Assembly (NCBI RefSeq): GCF_006345805.1
Contig: NC_043009.1
Coordinates: forward strand, 70,928,001-70,992,000
Origin: Octopus sinensis
Taxonomy: Eukaryota
DNA length: 64,000 nt
Direction of reading: 5' to 3'
Part shown: one piece after another, positions 38,740 to 50,102 of the stretch
How positions within the stretch are numbered: position 1 is the stretch's first letter
Layout of the letters: each line of letters begins with the position of its first letter
Made by a program: the position numbers and the translations under genes
The notes under the pieces: model-generated
Told to the model about the DNA's origin: nothing
Seen by the model: only the letters and a program-made list of their open reading frames with translations
Databases searched by the model: none

Positions 38740-39990
38740 CGATCGGACTGTCCGACTTGAAGAGGGTTGTGATCGCCGAGCACTATTCTAGATGACATGT
38801 GCTCTCTTCTGGTTTTAGCTTGACGTAAAGTTATAGAACAAGCAAAGATATGAGCTGTGGCAAAGGAAGCCTAACAAACAGCGACCACAGCAGCGCAACG
38901 TAATCAAAAGCTGGAGGCGTTTCAGATGCAGAGTCTATCTGCACATCATTATCCACATCATCGTTCACTCAGTGGATGTTGATGGCAAATGGGAAGTTCT
39001 TACAATGGAACGTTGAAAGCGAAAGAGCAGACGTTCCAGTCTGTTAGGTCCTATAAAAGGGGAAAAGCACGACTGTCAGCTGAATATCTCTCATAGAGAC
39101 AGAGGGACGATGCTGGCCTCATCATGTTGTTCCAGCCTCTCAAGAATAGGTTTCTCTCGGCCCATTTCTTGGCGAGATTCGATAGACTGCTCGTGACATT
39201 GTCCGTTTTCTTCCCTACTTGGAAGTCTGCACTACACCAGGACCCAAATGATTTAACCGACCTATCCGTCTAGTGCTCCACTTCACTGTTACAGTGCATG
39301 AACATGCTTCTCTCGGTGGTAAACTGCGGGCCAACTGACATTTCTTGGTTGACTTTTGCCCTTGCCATTGACGTGTTGGCCCTTAGAGCAGTGTCGGTCA
39401 CACCTTTGTGCTTGGTATCCTATTCTATTAATGTGAAGTCCTTCGTATATGCAGATACACAACTACACTCTACTTCACACGGGATCCCTTTCAACATCAT
39501 AATATCCCTCGTAATGACTCGAAATTTGATACTTACGCAAGAGTCCAGAGTAGATAACCTTGCTTGACCCAGAACATGATACTACACGCTTCCGATACAT
39601 GGCCATTAAACTTGACCACTGAACAGATTTACATCATTGTGCATTGGCGGGATCCCTCTCCTGGAAACAAGACCGAAACGGGCTGCTCTCAGGACTGTGG
39701 ACTCGTACTCATGATCGAAAATATCGAAAGCTTTCGATTGATTTAAACTGATTAGAACTCTAAACATTCAGGGTTCCTTACAACCTTTACTGTGAAGCTT
39801 CTCAGAAAGTGGAGGGCATCGTGAACACGGGTACCGGTCTACAATTCATCACTCGGACCATCGATGACAAATCTCAGCATCTTAACTAACACCTCGGTCG
39901 AAATCCTCTTTTCAGGTGATTATCACCTATCCCCGAACTCTCCAAACAAGTGTGGGAATAATGCTCGTGAGGATTTAATAAGGTGTTTGA
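38740..39990 (-). mobile_element. decayed Tx1/L1-clade LINE RT fragment
   Basis: LINLNQSKAFDIFDHEY, RAKVNQEMSVG, SVKSFGSWCSADFQVGK and KWAERNLFLRG match Tx1-type RT and post-RT motifs. Confidence 0.75.
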
Positions 39991-40379
39991 AAGATTTCAT
40001 AGGAACGTTCAACTCTTTACTGCCGAGGGGAAACTCCAATAGCATCTTCAGTGCAAGTTTAGATTGTAATGAACTAGATGATAGCAGAGGAAGGACAAAA
40101 GCTTCTCAAACACGCATCGGATCATCCAGATTGTGCCTAAACAGAACACTTTATAGGCCAATAAATAAGATACCACTGTTAATGTAAATTTTAACATCGT
40201 CGGTTTCAAACACCCCTAATTTGCCATCAGTGCAGTCGACTAAGATTAATTTCATTGGCAGTAATTCAGTTACTGAAGGCTTACCGTGTCGCTCTTTGTG
40301 TTTACAGTTTAAAGATGAGTGAATTAGTTAAGCGACCGCTGATGGGGAGCAGTCGTTCACAACGAATGATGTTTTGCCT

Positions 40380-42360
40380 AGAAAAATATGTTTGGGGACG
40401 AATCGCTAAATTTTAGTGAGATCGTAATGATAGAGAAAATAGAATAAAGGGAGATTTAGACAGAAACTGAAAGAACGCTACATTGTCAGAGCTAAGACGC
40501 GTGCTCTAAGACAGGAGGTGACGAAAGGGGTTTGAGAGGCCAACGTGTCAAATATATATCGTGGGAACTAAGCCAGAATTCGGTCTTTGGTAAGCATTAA
40601 ATTTACGCTCTTATTTGACACTCAAGATGTGTACAACATTCTAGCTGCACTTCGATCGACTTTTCGGCACGAATGGCGGACCAGAAGGAAGGATTGAAGT
40701 CGGTACCTACCTCGACGAACTGTCTCAACTCTCAGCAAGGGAGACGGTATGTTGTGAAAAGCCTCTAACATTTTTGCGGACATATAGAGATACTGGATGT
40801 AGAGAGGTTTTGCAAATCGCCAGTTTTGGATGGTCAACTCTACGAGATTTACCAGAATTACTTGGAAACTTCTTGGTAGTTATATACAGGACCTAGCAGA
40901 GAATTCTCAGCTTTGTGAGTCGTGAAACGGCAGTGCTTCTGCGAAAGGATCGAAACATGGGGAATCAAAGAAATCATTTTCGGCCCGTAACTCTGTTAAA
41001 CACAGATTTCAAAGTTTCGATCAAAGTGTTAGCAATGAAGTTGGCGCTTCGATAGTTCCGTAAGTGGTGATCAGTCTTATATCATACCGAACAGATCATT
41101 TCGTAAAAGCTCCCTTTCAGGCGAAGTATCATAATGATGATGGGCAAGAGAGCTGGCGGGCAGAGACAGCCCCTAATTCAAATTTGTTCAGTAGGAACCT
41201 TTTGATAGCTTCGGCTACCAACACTTGACGGCTGTCTTCCTCAGGGCAACTGAAGTCGGTCCCGTCTCCCGCGGTTGCCGAAATGTGTAGTGACATCTGC
41301 TGGATGGTTAATGTAAATGGCCAAGTATCGGAGCCCTTCAACATCTCGCACTTGGTCTGCTAAGTTGTTCTCCTCTCATTCCTTTTCTATGTGCTGATTC
41401 TTGAACCATTACTATGGAAATTAGGTTTACTGAAAGTTATCTCGCCTGATATTTGCGCCTGTCAGTCATCGCTATGTTCATTCCGTGTTTCATGGCTCTG
41501 GAGTACCTACTCTTCTACTCTCTCTGGAAAAGATGCGTTCCAATGGTCAGCTGCTCTACTTGTTGTCAATACTTGCAGAGACACGGATTGGGAATTCCGT
41601 GACTGATAATCCACTGAGTCTTCGACATGCACCAAGGCTCCGGCATCTGATTGTTTCCTTTACAGTAAGCAGGTGCAGTCGCCTTTTGTGATATTCTTTT
41701 ATTCGCAGGTCATCTCTTTGACAAAGCTGCAGTCCTTGATGAAACTTAGACCGAAGCAGGGTGACTGGGATCTGGAGTGTCATTAACCGATCATGCCCCC
41801 CCCCACACCACCACACCATCATTTTTCAAGCAAAGCGGTTGGTTGAAGTTTCACGTAGGTGTTCAATTGAATACTTGTGCAAGGAGGAGCGACGACATTC
41901 ATAGAATGATCCAGTCACTTTAGACCCGAAACCCACAGCAATTTTAGAGAAGTCCTTGACCTGGCATTGCCAGTGGTAGTGGGAAGAATGGACGCCGGTC
42001 GAGGATAAGCTACATACATGGAAGTGCCTGGCAGCTGGGCCTGCCCGAGAGGCCCGTAAAGAAATAAAACTGCTCTGCATGCAGCCACCCAGTGTCCGAG
42101 CATTGCTGTATGGTGGGATTATATCGAGCACCTGCACACGCAACCAGAACAAATTATGGTTATCAAGTGAGGCCATTGTTAAGATCGTCATATCGTTTTC
42201 CTTTTGGAGCGAGGTTCACAGTCTTTATCATTATTTTGGCTTTTACGAAGGAGATTGTGTGGTGGATAAAAATAAGAAGAGAAACATTTACCCGTTTGGC
42301 CAAGTCTTCGTCAACGTTTTCAACTTGAATAGAAAAATGAGGGTAGTGAGTTAAGTACTT
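40380..42360 (+). mobile_element. decayed Tx1/L1-clade LINE (RT to C-terminus)
   Basis: IVRAKTRAL, KSPVLDGQLYEIY, FRPVTLLNTDFKV, VNGQVSEPFNISH, YVLILEPLLWKL, LRHAPRLRHL, LSSEAIVKIV. Confidence 0.8.
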
Positions 42361-44175
42361 CTTTACAGCAAATTTGTTGATAGGTGGGTGAAAGGTGAGT
42401 GAGCTCTGAGAGCATGCGCGTGTATGTGAGAAGGATAGAAAGATAGAACTTGTCCTAGTGGTTGGAATAACGCTGATGACGGACTTTCCATCAGCGGCGC
42501 TCGGAAGTCCTCTTTCTATTGAGAATTTTTCTCATTTGTAATTCTTTTGTTTCTTTGCTTTCATCATTTTCGCTGTTTACACGACTTTTTTCAACCTTAC
42601 ATGGTATTCTATCCAGTAACGTCATTGATCTTTTCGTCAACCCTTAGTGGTTAATCAAGAAACTATTATTGCTTTCAGGGTAGGATTTTTTAAATCTTGT
42701 CGGTTAAGTTCAAAAGCATATGATGTTAAAAGGACTTAATATCTCTGTTAATGAGCAGGATAACATAATTACGCCTGAATATGTGCTGTATATGTCTCAT
42801 GTTGATTCTCTAGTCTTTCAGTATTTCTGTTACGAGTGTTACGTATTCTATATGTGTGCGTGCATTTTTATTGGGATGTTTATGCCTAGCAGCGACCGGA
42901 AGTTCCTTGAAGTAGTCGAAGATATCTTCATGTATGAATAATTATTCCAGATAGTATTTATCTTCCAGAGTCCTGCTTAGGTTCCATGTGCTTAAGTTAT
43001 TCAATAAAGCTGGTTCTTGCTAATGATATCTTACGCTGCATTTGGATTTGTATATCTCCCTTTCAGAAAAGTTATTCAATTTGTACAAAGGTGATATTTG
43101 CTTTTGCTTCGTTCTAGTATGCTATCTAGGAAATTTACGATATCTTTTGGTTCCTCGGATTAAATTATTTTAATATGCTACAGAGTGGCTTGCTCAATTT
43201 GGTTAATTCAAGCCTAAAATCAGTGTGGGAGCGGTTAGCTAATCATTCCGGCATCACATTATCTTAATTGAGAGTAATATTTATGTGTTTCTAGAATTTC
43301 TAAGCTACTTAATTCTATCGAAGATGGTCACGTGTGAGCTTTTAGGAAAATGACTCGCCTAAGACAAGATGAGCATATTTTCAAAATACAATATACACAG
43401 GGATTAGCCGCCTTCACATTCAAAGCCAGAATTAACTCTCCATCGCGTTCATAGTAAATGTGAAAACTCAAAAGAAGAAGAACTTATAAAGCACAAACCA
43501 ATGAGAATACTAAACAATCATAAAACCAAACAGTGGTAATGGATACAATATGTATCTCATAAGAAAATTCAGTATATCAATAGCTACAAATATTTAATTA
43601 AAAGACACGAAACACTTTAGGTTATCAAACAATACAACCGAAATACAATAGAGATGACCCAGTTTACTTAAAACTATTACAATCACTACTCTTTTACTCT
43701 TTTACTCTTTTACTACATTAGCATCACATTAAAAAATAAACACAAATTCCATTTACAATTTATCTTATTGTACTCCACCCCCCTCCTTTTATAAATAAAA
43801 GTTGATTAAAAAAAATAAACTTGAAGTTTGACGCAAATAATAAATGTTTTTTTCTTTTATTATTATTTTTTTTTTACTATTTTGACGTTTTTAACACCAC
43901 ATCATCTTTCAGCACTGACTATCAATGATTTTCCAGATATACCAGTTTTTATTCCTTATTTACGGACAATATACACTCATTGTATTCCTCTTTCTAACAC
44001 ATATTTATGACTTGAGGTAGATTCGGCTGTTGTTTCTTGCAGGTTCCAATGATTCATAGTGGTTCCCTCCATCATCTCGAAATTTATGAAGACGCTGAAA
44101 AATAATTCTTCATTATCGATAGGAAATGCATGGCAAGAATCCGAACTATGGAATGACAATGGTAGTCCCGTTTAA

Positions 44176-44355
44176 AAGCTAGCAGAATCGCCGAGCAAAA
44201 TGTTTAGCGACATTTCGCCTGACTACATACTGAGTTCCAATCCGGTCGCGGTCTACTTAGCCTTTCGGGATTGATAAAGAATCAGTTGGGCATTGGGGAT
44301 CGATGTAATCGACTTAACCCCTCTCCAATAAATTGCTGGCCTTGTGGCAAAATGT
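44176..44355 (+). mobile_element. SINE family A
   Basis: GCTAGCAGAATCG...CAAAATGTTTAGCGACATTTCG...GGGGATCGATGTAATCGACTTAACCC...GCTGGCCTTGTG. Confidence 0.8.
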
Positions 44356-45938
44356 GTTTTCAGGGATCTGCAAAGGTCATATAGCAGGATCTGCCAGTAT
44401 TGTCATTATAAAGATAAATTATTCTGGAATATACAAAAGATATTGAGAAGGCGGAATGGTCACGGTTGGGAACGCTTTTAATCACAGGTCTGTTCGATCT
44501 AACATCTTACCTTGCAGTTCATCTTCACCAAGAAAATGAGAAAATGCTAAATAGATAAAATTTTGTGGAAACTGATGTTTTAAGAAAATTAGGACGTTCA
44601 TTTATTTTCGTAAAACTACTATTTTAATAATTTCTTTCACGTTAAGCGTTTCTACATATTTTATTGCTTTTCTTCTTTCATTGCCGCCAAATTTGAAGAG
44701 TCATTTTGTCAGGGCAAGCTTTCTACAAGCACACCATTCTGTGCATGTTTTAGACTGATGCTGTTATTGTATAAGATATTATGCTTTCGTTCTTTGCCTT
44801 TTTTAAAGAAAATTAGGAAGTATCATCGCAGAGCAAGCCAACGTTTCATCAAAGCTGTCTAGATCCACTCTTCTGGTTATATATAAACACGCTTTTCTTG
44901 ACATTTGGAACCGGTAATAAATGTTTTAAGAAATTGTTATAGGGGTAGGTTTACAAAATGATTTGAAGCTAGGAATTTGTTTCGATAATTCTGTGGCAAC
45001 ATCAAGCACAATATGTAAGGCTAATGTTTCCAAAATCCTTTTATGTTACGAATTCTGTCATTTTCAAAAATCTGATTTTATTTCTATGTTACGTGATGAC
45101 GATGAAGTTGATTCATTGAGTCAAGTAAAAATACGTAGCGCGGAACATTTCCCGATGCCTTTAATACTTTTCGGAATACAGTTTTTCCTTAGAACTGAGA
45201 TCTAACAAAAGCGGCTTGAAACTCCATTCTGATTAATATATAGCTGTTGATTGTGGAGAAGTATGGCAAAAACGTTTGTCCATGATTCTCCCGCCATTTT
45301 TTCAGGCATGATGTACATTGCGTACTGTTGCGTAACCTCATTAAACAAAGTATAATTAAATACAACCTTTATTAAACAACATTATAATGATTGTAATGGA
45401 AAAGGATATTTGGTTTCTATTCCAAGCAGGTTAAGGTGTAACGGAGTAGCCTCCTTATTTATTCATGTGGTCGTCACCTAGTTCCAGGTGTCAAAATTAT
45501 ATACTGCCATCAGCAGGAGCCCTATATAATTGCCAAGTGTTTCGTTAGCTTCCAATAACTGAACTCTAGTCAACCTATATAATAGTTTATGCAGAAGCAT
45601 CTGATATTGGGCGTTTCTAAGCGATTCGACTAAAAACCTACCTAAAAGATATGAATGGTTTGATATGAACGGCTCAATGGATGAATGATTGAATAAATGA
45701 AGGAATGGAGGAATGAAGGAATGAAGGAAGGAACGAAAGAATAATTGCAGGGCACAATGGAAGGATGAAGGGCGAATGACTGAATGGATGCGTGGATTTA
45801 TAGTTCCTCGTAGGTTTCCGAAGACAGTGATTTCGATTTTACGGATGCCTTGCAACACTTCATGTCCTCACAATTTGGACACTACTTAGGAATTTCTATT
45901 CACAACCCAAATAATTTTAATTGCTGCCAATGAATCGT

Positions 45939-46034
45939 GGGCATATGGTATAGTGGTTAAGAGCGCAGGCTACTTAGCCCAAGATTCCGAGTTCGATTCC
46001 AAGCAGTGACCTGAACAACAACAATAACAACAAC

Positions 46035-46089
<55 letters not shown>

Positions 46090-46245
46090 GTAACATTGAA
46101 AAATACCTTAGGAATGAGAACCCAGGTTCGAAATTTCCCCAAGACACCTGAAGAAGGCTGGAGAGTATATCAGCCGAAACATTGAGTTAACAATAAACGA
46201 GATGAGGACAAATATCCGTCGAATGTAAATAATGTAAATAATGAT
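45939..46245 (+). mobile_element. tRNA-headed SINE (family E) with internal (AAT)n and hammerhead-bearing body
   Basis: A box TGGTATAGTGG (45946-45956), B box GTTCGATTCC (45991-46000), (AAC/AAT)n 46014-46089, body ending TGTAAATAATGTAAATAATG. Confidence 0.75.
46143..46188 (+). ncRNA. hammerhead A (type I, slightly decayed)
   Basis: GACAC-CTGAAGA-A-GGCTG(10-nt loop)CAGCC-GAAA-CAT-T-GAGTT. Core intact, stem II perfect, one mismatch each in stems I and III. Confidence 0.7.
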
Positions 46246-46502
46246 TACTAAACATTTTGACACCTCATACGTCAAAATCGGCAACTCGGTTCTCCAATCC
46301 ATTAGGAAAATACGCGCACACACAAGCTGTGTTATATATATATATATATATATTTAAGTAGGTGAATGAATTATCCTATGTTTATCGTCAGCATGGAAAA
46401 TTCGTTTAACCGAAACCTGGGTAGCAAGGTTATCATTATCGCTTTGTTTACCATGTAGGCAATCATCGAAACTTTTGTTTGTCTTATTGTCGAGAGAGGC
46501 TC

Positions 46503-46595
46503 CCTTTCTTTCCTGATGAGAAGATTGCATAATGCACCCTTTATTCCTTTGGAATGAAAACATGCTGTCTTCGAAACATGTGTCGAGAGTAAAGG
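46503..46595 (+). ncRNA. hammerhead B (type I, intact core, GUC site)
   Basis: Stem I CCTTTCTTTC/GAGAG(T)AAAGG (10 bp, one bulge), CTGATGA 46513-46519, stem II GAAGAT/GTCTTC, GAAA 46573-46576, stem III ACATGTGT, predicted cleavage after C46584. Confidence 0.85.
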
Positions 46596-46631
46596 AATTT
46601 TGTTAACATCTTCGTTCGACTCCATTCTTTC

Positions 46632-46674
<43 letters not shown>

Positions 46675-46834
46675 CGCATATTTGCCATTTGAATATGGCT
46701 AACCCCTAAGGGTGGATGCTACTGTAGTTTGTAGCCCCAGGAAGATATCTCCTCCAGCTGGCTATGGACACACTATCTGTGTCCTCTCAGTATTTGTGAA
46801 GGGAAGTCATCCTCCCCGTCTTCAACTCATGATA

Positions 46835-46879
46835 CACACGGACTCGAGTTTCAAGGTGTTTACCTATCATCAGCGTGTG
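46835..46879 (-). ncRNA. hammerhead C (type I, intact core, GUC site)
   Basis: Minus strand CACACG-CTGATGA-tAGGT(AAAC)ACCTt-GAAA-CTCGAGT-C-CGTGTG. Perfect 6-bp stem I, palindromic stem III ACTCGAGT, U.U at 10.1/11.1. Confidence 0.82.
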
Positions 46880-46979
46880 ACAATCATGGTTGTAGACGAG
46901 ATATTGAAAAAGTGAAATCAAACAATGATAAATCTCAGAGCGAGTTATAAACAGTAGCGGTAACACATCGTGACGCATA

Positions 46980-47058
<79 letters not shown>

Positions 47059-47084
47059 GTACGTATGATTGCATGTATGTATAT

Positions 47085-47289
47085 TTTATCTTTTACTTAT
47101 ATCGGTCATTAGACTCCTAGGACACCGCATTGAACGATTTTTACTCGAAGGAATTGATTCCAGTACTTTATTTTTTGTTTAGCCTGGTACTTATTCTATC
47201 GGTCACTTTTGCCGAATCACGAATTTACGGAGATGTAAGCATACGAAAACCGGTTGTCAAGCGGTAGTGGGGGACAACTACACACATAT

Positions 47290-47290
<1 letters not shown>
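47085..47290 (+). mobile_element. SINE family B, diverged 5' half
   Basis: GCCTGGTACTTATTCTATCGGTCACTTTTGCCGAATC...CCGGTTGTCAAGCGGTAGTGGGGGACAA. Confidence 0.75.
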
Positions 47291-47600
<310 letters not shown>

Positions 47601-48293
47601 GAAAGATGTGTGTGTATATGAGGATTTGCAATTTTTCTTCGTGCGCTACGAATGGACGGATGATCTAAAATGTGAGTTCACTGGAAATTGAAGGGATTAA
47701 CTGTTAATGCAGACAATATTTTAGATATGACAAAGCGCAACAGATGTTTTTGTCAACATTTAATGTCTCTACAAAACAGTTGCTGAACTCTCTCCTTTCA
47801 AGTGACATCATAAAAATAAATGGACAAAAAATTCAAAAACTGTCACTAATGCAGAAATGATTAATTCACATTTCGGAAAAGATTTCGCAAGCATGTTATT
47901 TATTTATTTATTTCCTTTTTTCTGTGAGACGGCGATGAAGGCAGAAGCGCTGGAACATCGAACAATGTAAAAGTAAGGCTCCTGAAAAACTGAGTTCAAT
48001 ACTCGCTGTCGTTAGCTGAAATTTTTCTCCTTCCGAGATAATTAAGATGAAATGCAATTGACGTAGGTGTACAATACCACCTGTTGTTCGTCTTCGCAAG
48101 AAATTCAGGATTTCTTAGCAATTATTGTTTTAAATGTGAGTAGAAATTATTGTTGGGGTAATTTTTATCCTTTTTATGTGTTTTTATTCTACTTAGAGCA
48201 GTAATGATTAGAAACAGAAATAAAGCAGCGCAGGAGAAGCAAGCTTTAACGAATTTTACGTTATTTTAACGCTTTCAAAAGACTGAAAGTAGT

Positions 48294-48327
48294 CTTGACG
48301 TTTTGGACAGTAGTACTTCATCAGAAG
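48294..48327 (-). ncRNA. decayed minimal hammerhead
   Basis: CTT-CTGATGA-A-GtAC(TACT)GTCC-aAAA-CGT-C-AAG; two substitutions away from a canonical minimal motif. Confidence 0.45.
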
Positions 48328-48736
48328 GAAGATAGAATAAAACTGGAGGAGAGTAAAAGATGAGGAAAAAGGATAAAAAGAAAAAATTAAAAATGGAAAC
48401 TTTGTATATTTAGGTATAAAATATATATGAAAGAGGTAGATAGTAGGAAAGAAAATGTAAAATAAAAAGGAAGAGAAAGCTAGCAGAAAAAGAGAAAAAA
48501 AGACAGAAGAACAGAGGTGGTCACGTGAGAAAATGTCCAATGCAGGGAGCAAGGAAATATATATAACAGGCGCGTGCAAGCAGTTAAAATACACAAGGAA
48601 AGCAATGAGCTGCAAAACGCAAAATAAAGGTACCGGTTCTCTAGTCTAGGCATTCATTCACACTTTTCACACACACACATGTTCATACACTTACATGCCC
48701 GCCGTGCACATCTAAGTATATATATATATATATATA

Positions 48737-49113
48737 CACTTGCGTCAGAAATTAATTAGCATTTCTCAAATTTCTACATTAAATAGGTTAAATCAATTAA
48801 CCTATGAGCTGTTCAAAACGTCTTACGCGATGCGAAAACTTAGTATGGTGTGATTTCGGTCCTTGCGAAGCGCTACCTATATCTATTAAACAAAGGAAGA
48901 TTTGTCTGCATCCGCACTCCAATTTGTTGCACTGCTATGTCAACATCATAAGGCTGTAGACTCTCAAACTGCTCTGCAAACAAAGTTACGTCATCGTTCT
49001 GCGTAACAGTGAACTCGCAACAAAGCAATAGTTCGAGATATGGCCACTAGGTGACAGCACATACCTTGAGTGAAGAGCAAATCAAGGGTGCTAATTAATT
49101 TCTGACGGTAGTG
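48737..49113. mobile_element. 377-bp Tc1/mariner-type MITE
   Basis: 25-bp TIRs CACTTGCGTCAGAAATTAATTAGCA / TGCTAATTAATTTCTGACGGTAGTG (2 mismatches), TA on both sides within (TA)n, no ORF. Confidence 0.85.
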
Positions 49114-49134
49114 TATATATATATATATATATGA

Positions 49135-49185
<51 letters not shown>

Positions 49186-49203
49186 ATATATATATATATA
49201 TGC

Positions 49204-49292
<89 letters not shown>
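49114..49292. repeat. (TA)n tract
   Basis: Direct reading. Confidence 0.95.
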
Positions 49293-49297
<5 letters not shown>

Positions 49298-49823
49298 TAC
49301 ACACACATATATATGTACACACAGGCAGACACACACATATATCTATACATATACACAGCTAGGGAGGAGAAGAATGTAGAGAATAGATAAGAGTAAAGAA
49401 ATTCTCTTTACATACAATGTTTTGATCCTTCCCATAACAGTCGAACGAAAGACAGATAATAAATATGTATTTGAATAGCTACAACATCAAGTCTGTGTAT
49501 TAGTGTGACTTCACAGTTTCTCATGTGGAAATATTAAAGTTGATTTTCAAAGACACTTTAACGTCGGAAAGACACTCTTTGAAATTTTTTATTACAATTT
49601 TAATCGAATATCAAAATCCGTTTCCTTGTTTCTTCAATAACAAACAAACCAAATAAATGTACTCTGGTAAAAATATTGTATGTATAAAACATTATATGTC
49701 TAGCCAAGTGTGTAAATTCACCGATATGATTTAAATGATCAATCACACACACACACGTGTGTGTGTATGTATATACGTTTATATAGATAGGTATAGATAT
49801 ATGTTTGTGTGTATGCATGTATG

Positions 49824-49824
<1 letters not shown>

Positions 49825-49868
<44 letters not shown>

Positions 49869-50019
49869 GTGTATGTGTGTGAAAGTGCGAGTACCATTGA
49901 TCATTTAGATTAAATTGGTGAAGTTACAAACTTGGCTAGACATATGATAAATCTAAGTATGCGTTTGTTGTGACTGCATGTATATATATATATATATATA
50001 TACATATATGCATACACAC

Positions 50020-50097
<78 letters not shown>
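49825..50097. repeat. (TG)n/(TA)n tracts
   Basis: Direct reading. Confidence 0.9.

Positions 50098-50102
<5 letters not shown>

Noticed and set aside
42472-42510. CTGATGA in the Tx1 3' region
   Set aside because: It is sequestered in a GCTGATG/CATCAGC hairpin, with no correctly placed GAAA or NUH site.
43900-44170. Exon-like stretch with good acceptors
   Set aside because: All frames downstream of the acceptors stop quickly and there is no homology.
45939-46012. tRNA gene
   Set aside because: A and B boxes are present, but the T-stem and acceptor stem do not pair; it is a SINE head.
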